Source: Planctomycetota bacterium
GTDB lineage: Bacteria > Planctomycetota > UBA8108 > UBA1146
Length of the DNA stretch: 64,000 nucleotides
NCBI GenBank assembly: GCA_013911165.1
Contig: JACETR010000007.1
Coordinates: forward strand, 1,144-65,143
Direction of reading: 5' to 3'
The notes beneath the pieces were generated by a model. It made no database searches, was not told the DNA's origin, and was given only the letters and a program-made list of their open reading frames with translations. The translations under genes were made by a program, and so were the position numbers. This document shows, in pieces, positions 57,764 through 64,000 of this stretch (its first letter is position 1; every line of letters begins with the position of its first letter).

Positions 57764-58742
57764 CAGTACGACTCCAAGCCTCGGCGATCTGAACCGTATT
57801 CAAGGCTGCGCCCTTGAGAACCTGGTCACCCACAATCCAGAGTTGAAGTGAATCAGCGAAGGGAGCACGCAGTCGCCCCACCGAAACCGGATGCGCTCCG
57901 GAAAGGGGACCGGGAGTCGGAGGATTCCCGGGATCCTCCTCAAAGATCACACCATTTGCACTTTGAAGAGCTTCGCGGGCCTTTGTCAGTCGTTCCTGAT
58001 CTTCATGGTCGAAGATCAGAGTTGCTGCCAGTGAGTGGCACCGGGCAACAGGAACCCTGACACAGGTTCCCTGAACCACCAGATCCGGTACAGAGAGTAT
58101 TTTCCGGCACTCGTCGAGCATTTTTCGCTCTTCTACGGTGACTCCATCACCATCGGCATCACCGATGGCTGGAAAAAGATTTCCGTGGATCGGAAATGGG
58201 AAGGGTTCACCGGGAAGAAACTCACCACCGGAGGACTCCCGTTCGAGGGCATCCAGCCCCGCTATACCTGCACCGCTGACCGCCTGGTAAGTATCCACCA
58301 CGAGTCGCACCGGCCCCAAATGCCAAATCGGTTTCAGGGCCATCAACAGAATGATCGTTGAGCAATTCGGGTTGGCGATGATCGCTGGCCCACTGGGAAT
58401 GACTTCACCATTGACTTCAGGAACCACCAGCGGAACACCCTCATCGAGACGGAAGGCGGAGGAGTTGTCGACCACTGCCACCCCCTGCTCAACGAAGCGG
58501 GGAGCCCACTCCCTGGAGGTACTCCCTCCAGCAGCAAAGAGAGCCACATCGATTCCGGACAGATCAAGATTCGAATCGAGCCCCTGCACCGTCAGCGATT
58601 CATCACGAAAGGAGAATTGCTTTCCTGCACTGCGGGGCGATGCGATCAGGAGCGGAGGTTCTTTTCCCAACGGCGAATTTTCGAGGAGGGCAAGCATCTC
58701 CTGCCCCACCACTCCCGTTGCACCGACGATGGCACTTCTCAT
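57756..58742 (-). CDS. asd: Aspartate-semialdehyde dehydrogenase
   Basis: VGATGVVGQEM, IANPNCSTI (active-site Cys) and the full-length family match support the call. Confidence 0.95.
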   Translation of the reverse strand: MRSAIVGATGVVGQEMLALLENSPLGKEPPLLIASPRSAGKQFSFRDESLTVQGLDSNLDLSGIDVALFAAGGSTSREWAPRFVEQGVAVVDNSSAFRLDEGVPLVVPEVNGEVIPSGPAIIANPNCSTIILLMALKPIWHLGPVRLVVDTYQAVSGAGIAGLDALERESSGGEFLPGEPFPFPIHGNLFPAIGDADGDGVTVEERKMLDECRKILSVPDLVVQGTCVRVPVARCHSLAATLIFDHEDQERLTKAREALQSANGVIFEEDPGNPPTPGPLSGAHPVSVGRLRAPFADSLQLWIVGDQVLKGAALNTVQIAEAWSRTVG

Positions 58743-58855
58743 TCGTCTTCCCCTTCACGTGAGCCGATCCAACCCATCACCGTCGGTAAAAAAACGATGA
58801 AGAGCAGGATCAGGACGATGGAAAAGATCTCCCAGAGACTGACGGCAAAGAGCAT
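58739..58855 (-). CDS. Unlisted 38-aa hydrophobic micro-protein (MLFAVSLWEIFSIVLILLFIVFLPTVMGWIGSREGEDE)
   Basis: Its ATG shares one nucleotide with the thrS TGA (tgATG). Its TGA overlaps the asd ATG (ATGA). It fills the whole thrS-asd gap. It has one predicted TM helix and an acidic tail. Confidence 0.45.
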   Translation of the reverse strand: MLFAVSLWEIFSIVLILLFIVFLPTVMGWIGSREGEDE

Positions 58856-60918
58856 CAGTCTTGCTCTTCAACTCGGGGAGGCAGTTTCTTTTCGGAGATA
58901 TCCGCTCTGATCTGCTGCATGAAAGTATCGAGAGGAATCGCTCCGAGATCTCCGACACCCCTTTGGCGCACGGAGACGGTTCCCGCTTCGGCATCTTTAC
59001 CGCCGACGATCAACAGGTAGGGGATTTTCTCCTCCGCCCCCACTTTGATCTTGGCATTGACCCGTTCATTGGAGTCATCCATGGTTGCCCGGATTCCCGA
59101 ATTCTTGAGAGTCGAATAGACCAGTTGTCCGTAGTCCACATGCTTCTCACTGATCGGCAAAACCCGGACTTGCTCTGGTGAAAGCCAAGTCGGGAACGAT
59201 CCCTCAAAATGTTCGATGAGAATCCCGACAAATCGTTCAAAGCTTCCAAAGGGTGCCCGATGCACCATCACGGGGCGATGGTTTGCGTTGTCGGCTCCAG
59301 TGTAGTTGAGATCAAATCTCTCGGGCAGATTGTAATCGACCTGAACGGTACCCAACTGCCACTCTCGCCCGATGGCATCCGACACCACAAAGTCAATCTT
59401 GGGTCCGTAGAAGGCCGCTTCTCCCTCTTCCTCAGAGAAGTTTACCCCCAGAGTCTCTGCCGCATCCCGGCATGCCTGCTCAGCACGATCCCAACGGGCC
59501 GGATCACCGGTGTACTTGCTCGAATCCTTGTCGCGAAGTCCAACTCGGACACGGTAATCCTCAAGACCCAGTGCAGTGAGAACCAGTTTCACCAGATCCA
59601 GACAGCCACGTATTTCATCCGCGACCTGATCTTCGGTACAGAAGATGTGGGCATCGTCCTGGGTAAATCCGCGAACACGGGTGAGCCCATTGAGTTCACC
59701 CGACTGCTCCCAGCGGTAAACCGTTCCAAACTCTGCCAATCGAACCGGAAGGTCGCGGTAGGAACGTGGCTCTGCCGCATAGATCTTGATGTGGTGCGGG
59801 CAGTTCATCGGCTTGAGCATGAAGCCCTCCACCTCCCCCTCACCGATGCGACTGGAGAGCTCCGCACAGGAACAACCCTCATTGGAGAGGGCCTCCAGAA
59901 AATCACCGTTGATCAACGGCGGAAACTGGCTTTCCCGGTAATAGGGGAAATGTCCACTGGTGCGATAAAGATCGAGTTTTCCCACGTGAGGGGTGTAGAC
60001 CATGTCGTAACCGGTAGCGATCAGACGTTCACGAATGAACTCTTCCAATTCCCGACGGACCACTGAACCGTTGGGCTGCCAAAGGACCAGTCCCTGCCCC
60101 ACCGTCTCGTCGATCTTGAACAGGTTGTGACGACGCCCCACCACCCGATGATCCCTGCGCTTGGCTTCCTCCAGGCGATCAAGGTGTCGCTGAAGTTGGG
60201 CCGGGAAGGGAAATGCTGTTCCATAAACACGGGTCAGTCCATCACTGTTGGCATCGCCATGCCAGTAGGCACTGGCCACACTCATCAATTTGAAGGCGCC
60301 GATTCTTCCCGTACTCGGAACATGAGGCCCTCGACAAAGATCTTCCCAGTTCTCACCGGGGTTGCCGGTCGCATACCAGGAGAGTTGATCGGAACCGGCT
60401 TCGATAGCCCGTTCGGCATTGTCGATCTTGTACTTGCTGCCTTCTCCACGCACCTTTTCCAGACCCGCTTCCAGGTCCAGTTCGTAACGGGTGAAGGGGC
60501 GATCCTCTGCAATGATGGCAGCCATCTCTTTTTCGATGGCGGGGAAATCTTCACTACTGAGCGGTCGGTCCTCTGGAAAACGAATGTCGTAATAGAACCC
60601 CTGATCCGTGGGTGGACCGTAAACCAGTTGCGCACCGGGGATCACCCGTTCGATGGCTTCCGCCATCACGTGTGCACAGGAGTGTCTCACCAACTCGAGG
60701 GCTTCCGTGTCCGCTTCTTCCTTCTTGGAACCTTTGGTGATGATGCTGACATCAGAATCCCGCTCAATTGTCGCTCCGAGATCCTGTAATTCGCCATCCA
60801 CTACTATTCCCAACGCCGCTTTCTGAAGGCGTTCGCCGATATCACCGGCCAACTCAAATCCAGTTACGGGTTGATCAAAGCTGCGCTGACTGCCATCCGG
60901 CAAAGTGATCGTGGGCAT
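58855..60918 (-). CDS. thrS: Threonine--tRNA ligase
   Basis: It has a TGS domain N-terminus, the editing-domain motif HSCAHV, class II core motifs and an anticodon-binding C-terminus. Confidence 0.95.
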   Translation of the reverse strand: MPTITLPDGSQRSFDQPVTGFELAGDIGERLQKAALGIVVDGELQDLGATIERDSDVSIITKGSKKEEADTEALELVRHSCAHVMAEAIERVIPGAQLVYGPPTDQGFYYDIRFPEDRPLSSEDFPAIEKEMAAIIAEDRPFTRYELDLEAGLEKVRGEGSKYKIDNAERAIEAGSDQLSWYATGNPGENWEDLCRGPHVPSTGRIGAFKLMSVASAYWHGDANSDGLTRVYGTAFPFPAQLQRHLDRLEEAKRRDHRVVGRRHNLFKIDETVGQGLVLWQPNGSVVRRELEEFIRERLIATGYDMVYTPHVGKLDLYRTSGHFPYYRESQFPPLINGDFLEALSNEGCSCAELSSRIGEGEVEGFMLKPMNCPHHIKIYAAEPRSYRDLPVRLAEFGTVYRWEQSGELNGLTRVRGFTQDDAHIFCTEDQVADEIRGCLDLVKLVLTALGLEDYRVRVGLRDKDSSKYTGDPARWDRAEQACRDAAETLGVNFSEEEGEAAFYGPKIDFVVSDAIGREWQLGTVQVDYNLPERFDLNYTGADNANHRPVMVHRAPFGSFERFVGILIEHFEGSFPTWLSPEQVRVLPISEKHVDYGQLVYSTLKNSGIRATMDDSNERVNAKIKVGAEEKIPYLLIVGGKDAEAGTVSVRQRGVGDLGAIPLDTFMQQIRADISEKKLPPRVEEQD

Positions 60919-61028
60919 CGGTCATCCTCTCGTTGGGCATAATAGCGATCCTCTCAACATTTCGCCATCAGACCGGGATCTTGACCTGATGAGCGAATCG
61001 GTGACGATTCGTCAAGAAGGGAGGGATC

Positions 61029-62324
61029 TTGCACAGCGATCGCTTTGACCCACGCCTGAAGGTGATCCATGCCGACATGGACGCCTTTTTTGCGGCCGTA
61101 GAAGTCCTCGATGACCCCTCTCTTCGTGGAAAACCTCTCGTCATCGGCTATCCCGGCCCACGAGGAGTCGTTTCCACCGCCTCCTACGAAGCCCGCCAAT
61201 TCGGGGTTCACTCCGCCATGCCCTCCACCGAAGCTCTTCGGCGTTGCCCTGAGGCGATTTGGAGATCACCCCGGGGAAAGCGATACGGAGAAGTCTCGAG
61301 GATCATCATGCAGGTTTTCCGCGAGTTCACCCCGACCATAGAACCTCTGTCCGTGGATGAAGCCTTCCTCGACATTTCAGGCTCACTGAAACTGTTTCAC
61401 GGAGCATTGGCCATCGGCGAAGGAGTTCGACGCAGAGTCCATGAAGCCACGGGTGGGCTGACTGTCAGTATCGGTATTGCCCCCAACAAGTTTCTCGCCA
61501 AGCTTGCCAGTGATCTCGACAAGCCGGATGGCATGACGGTGGTCGACCCCGATGGAATACAGGAACTCCTTGATCCCCTGCCGGTAAAGAAAATCTGGGG
61601 AGTCGGCCCGCGCATGACCGAGGCTCTTCACGAAATTGGTCTGAAGACGATTCAGGATCTTCGAAAAGGTGGAGTCGATCTTCTCCAGCGTCGTTTTGGT
61701 GAAAACAGTGCACACCGCCTGTGGAATCTGGCCCACGGACGGGATGAACGCGGTTTTGGTGATCGAAGTCCGGCCAAATCGATCTCGACGGAAAACACCT
61801 TCTCAAAAGATATTTCCAGAGGGCCTGCTTCTGATCGATTCCTCAGAAATTCCGCAGAGGAGATCGCCGAGTCCTTGAGAAGGGAAGGTTGGCGCACTCG
61901 CACCCTTCGGCTCAAAGTCAGAATCTCTTCCTTCGAAACCTTCACACGCAGCAAAACCCTCGAAATACCGATTCAGGATGCCGCAACCCTGTATCAAACC
62001 GGACGCGAAATGCTCCGTGAGGTCGATCTGAAAGGGGAAGGCATCCGATTACTCGGCCTGGGAGCAGCCGGTCTGGTCTCTGCAGACGAACCGGTGCAAA
62101 ACTCTCTCTTCAGTGACGAAAGCGTTCCGATACGGGATGAAAAAGTCACTCGCCTGATCGATCAAGCGATGACAGAAACAGGTTCACCGTTACTCAAACG
62201 GGGTTCCGTGGTGACCCCGCCCCCGGAAGTCTCCAGAGGAGGTCGCCGTGCTGCGACAACCGATGAAGAGGAAAAACTTCGTCGCTCGACAGATTCAGAA
62301 GATTCTCAGCGTAAGGATATTTAG
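61029..62324 (+). CDS. dinB: DNA polymerase IV (Y family)
   Basis: VIHADMDAFFAAVE and SVDEAFLD are present. TTG at 61029 lies 4 nt after aagggaggg. Confidence 0.9.
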   Translation: MHSDRFDPRLKVIHADMDAFFAAVEVLDDPSLRGKPLVIGYPGPRGVVSTASYEARQFGVHSAMPSTEALRRCPEAIWRSPRGKRYGEVSRIIMQVFREFTPTIEPLSVDEAFLDISGSLKLFHGALAIGEGVRRRVHEATGGLTVSIGIAPNKFLAKLASDLDKPDGMTVVDPDGIQELLDPLPVKKIWGVGPRMTEALHEIGLKTIQDLRKGGVDLLQRRFGENSAHRLWNLAHGRDERGFGDRSPAKSISTENTFSKDISRGPASDRFLRNSAEEIAESLRREGWRTRTLRLKVRISSFETFTRSKTLEIPIQDAATLYQTGREMLREVDLKGEGIRLLGLGAAGLVSADEPVQNSLFSDESVPIRDEKVTRLIDQAMTETGSPLLKRGSVVTPPPEVSRGGRRAATTDEEEKLRRSTDSEDSQRKDI

Positions 62325-62366
62325 CCCCGACCACCCGTGTGACAGGCCCCTGCTCATCGTCTGATC

Positions 62367-63734
62367 TCACGAGCCTTTGGATTGACGCACCCGTTCAACG
62401 ATTTCGTTGTGGATTTCCGTGGCCTCAAGACTGGCGATGCCCGTTTCCCACGACCGGACGACCACTGGCCCTTCCTCAGGGTTTTCCACGGGCCGGCCGT
62501 GACTTCCACTGACCTGCGAAGGATCTGTCGAAATCACATCGAGCAGATTGCGGAATCCCAACTTGCGGGCCAACACCTTGCCCGCAATTTTCAGGGCAGG
62601 AAAACTCAGTTGCGGATCGACGAACAACTCTGCCGGGTCGTAACCCGGTTTCCGATGGATATCCACAGTTCGGGCATAGTCCGGTGCCCTGCGGTCATCG
62701 TTCCACCATGGGTACGCGAACCATGCGCCGGGCTCGGCGATCAGAACCATTTCCCCACTGCGTCGGTGATTCAGTCCGCTTTTAACCAGATCGTCTCCTT
62801 CGAGGATCCGATCCACCCCCTCCAGTTCGGACAATAGCTGGCGGATTCTTTTCACGTCACTGCCCTGCTGTACATAGACATGAGCGACCTGATGATCACA
62901 GACGGCAAAAGCCCTGCTGCGATGAACATCCAGGAGATCACCATGGGAAGTCACCTGAACATCCAGCTCTCCGGCTTCCGCCAGGCACCGGTTGGGAAAG
63001 ATGGGACGATCCACGGCCTCGATGCCATATTCGGAGAGCACCATCGCCTCCGCCCCTTTTCCACGACACCCCTCCAGAAGCCTGTGAAGTTCCCGGTCGA
63101 GCTCAAGTCGTGATTGTTCTGCCTGGGAAGAGTCCGGGCCGTAACGCTGGTCGTCGTAATCCAGATGCGGCAGGTAGACGAGAAGAAGATCAGGATCCTC
63201 GTCGGAAGCAATTTTCAACGCGGAGTCGACGATCCAACGGGTCGAGGTAATCCCGGCACGGGGCCCCCAAAAATCGAAGAGGGGAAAGGTTCCCAGTTCC
63301 TGCTGCATCTTCACGGGAAGTTCAGCGGGCTCGCCATAGACGGAGGGGATCTTGCGGCCATCTGCCGGGTACTCCGGCCGCGGAGTCAGACTCCAGCGGG
63401 CGCCACTGCCCATGTTGTACCACCAGAAAAGATTGGCGACGTTGAAACCATCCTTTTGCAGGCGATCGATGAGGGTCGGCTTCTCAACCAGTGAACGGGA
63501 TTGCAACCAGAAGCGGATTTCACGGGTATCCCGATGGTACCAGCCATTGCCGACGATACCGTGCTGGGCTGGTGTCTCGCCCGTGAGATAAGTCGCCTGG
63601 ATTGACGTCGTCACTGCGGGAAGAGTCGGTGCAATGGAAGAGGAGGATCCTCCGTCTCTCAATGCTTGAAGAGAAGGCAGTGCAGAGACGTCTTTTTGCC
63701 GAAGGCCCACGGCGATGGCCACCACCAATTTCAA
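62367..63734 (-). CDS. Alkaline-phosphatase-superfamily nucleotide pyrophosphatase/phosphodiesterase-like protein
   Basis: PTLPAVTTSIQATYLTGETPAQHGIVGNGWY contains the nucleophile Thr region, and YLPHLDYD and GSHG are also present. Confidence 0.8.
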   Translation of the reverse strand: MKLVVAIAVGLRQKDVSALPSLQALRDGGSSSSIAPTLPAVTTSIQATYLTGETPAQHGIVGNGWYHRDTREIRFWLQSRSLVEKPTLIDRLQKDGFNVANLFWWYNMGSGARWSLTPRPEYPADGRKIPSVYGEPAELPVKMQQELGTFPLFDFWGPRAGITSTRWIVDSALKIASDEDPDLLLVYLPHLDYDDQRYGPDSSQAEQSRLELDRELHRLLEGCRGKGAEAMVLSEYGIEAVDRPIFPNRCLAEAGELDVQVTSHGDLLDVHRSRAFAVCDHQVAHVYVQQGSDVKRIRQLLSELEGVDRILEGDDLVKSGLNHRRSGEMVLIAEPGAWFAYPWWNDDRRAPDYARTVDIHRKPGYDPAELFVDPQLSFPALKIAGKVLARKLGFRNLLDVISTDPSQVSGSHGRPVENPEEGPVVVRSWETGIASLEATEIHNEIVERVRQSKGS

Positions 63735-63743
63735 CTCAGGTCC

Positions 63744-64000
63744 TCATTCCGTGCAGCAGTCTTCCTCGAGATCGTCACCGGAAACGGTCGGTTCTTCATC
63801 GGCCTCGAGCGGGAACAGGGTATCGACGATGCGCCGAAAGTCGGCAGCATCCTTGGCGACTGTGATTTCAGAGCGGAAGGCTCGCGCACCGCGAACCCCT
63901 CCCAGATAGCGGGCTGCAAACTTCCTCATCAGGACCGTTCCAAAGGGATCCCCATGAAGTTCGACGAGTTGACCATGATGGCGCAACAACTGTTCCCGTT
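63744..64000 (-). CDS. tRNA-dihydrouridine synthase, C-terminal part (gene continues beyond the window end)
   Basis: LMRKFAARYLGGVRGARAFRSEI... resembles the Dus C-terminal helical domain. The frame is open to nt 64000. Confidence 0.65.
   Translation of the reverse strand, partial: REQLLRHHGQLVELHGDPFGTVLMRKFAARYLGGVRGARAFRSEITVAKDAADFRRIVDTLFPLEADEEPTVSGDDLEEDCCTE

Overview
Dense 64-kb chromosomal segment with about 58 protein genes and one tRNA. I saw no rRNA, CRISPR array, transposase or integrase. Most genes are housekeeping:
- class I FBA, arginase, pyrB, coaX, obgE, rplU-rpmA, RNase G
- pilM-N-O-(P-like)-Q plus pilT
- ptsI-ptsH-yvcK, truA, asd, thrS, dinB
- a cdd/upp-like/hpt salvage cluster
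- a MacAB-TolC type efflux operon

The gene content suggests a PVC/Planctomycetota-like bacterium: a DUF1800/DUF1501 pair, a multiheme cytochrome next to a CRTAC1/FG-GAP protein, a cohesin+dockerin protein, and EI/HPr without EII. This is inference only.

Observations most worth a second look:
1. Two listed minus-strand ORFs (13489-13731 and 12679-13473) are one reading frame joined by an in-frame TGA. The TGA sits at the first Cys position of a thioredoxin-type CxxC motif (A-P-U-P-P-C). A perfect 8-bp hairpin lies 16 nt downstream. This is a candidate periplasmic selenoprotein, and it is translationally coupled to arginase.
2. A complete bacterial topoisomerase VI (top6B-top6A). Its B subunit carries a roughly 93-aa lysine-rich, histone-H1-like N-terminal extension.
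3. A membrane-anchored pentaheme cytochrome c/TPR protein whose stop overlaps the start of a CRTAC1-like protein, followed by a cohesin+dockerin protein.
4. Two unlisted micro-ORFs: a 33-aa extremely basic peptide at 2220-2321, and a 38-aa hydrophobic peptide fitted exactly between thrS and asd.
5. A secreted protein with (RPQV)n repeats and a His/Trp-rich block.

All calls come from reading the translations and the DNA by eye. Start codons are often uncertain by a few codons, and no database search or folding computation was run.
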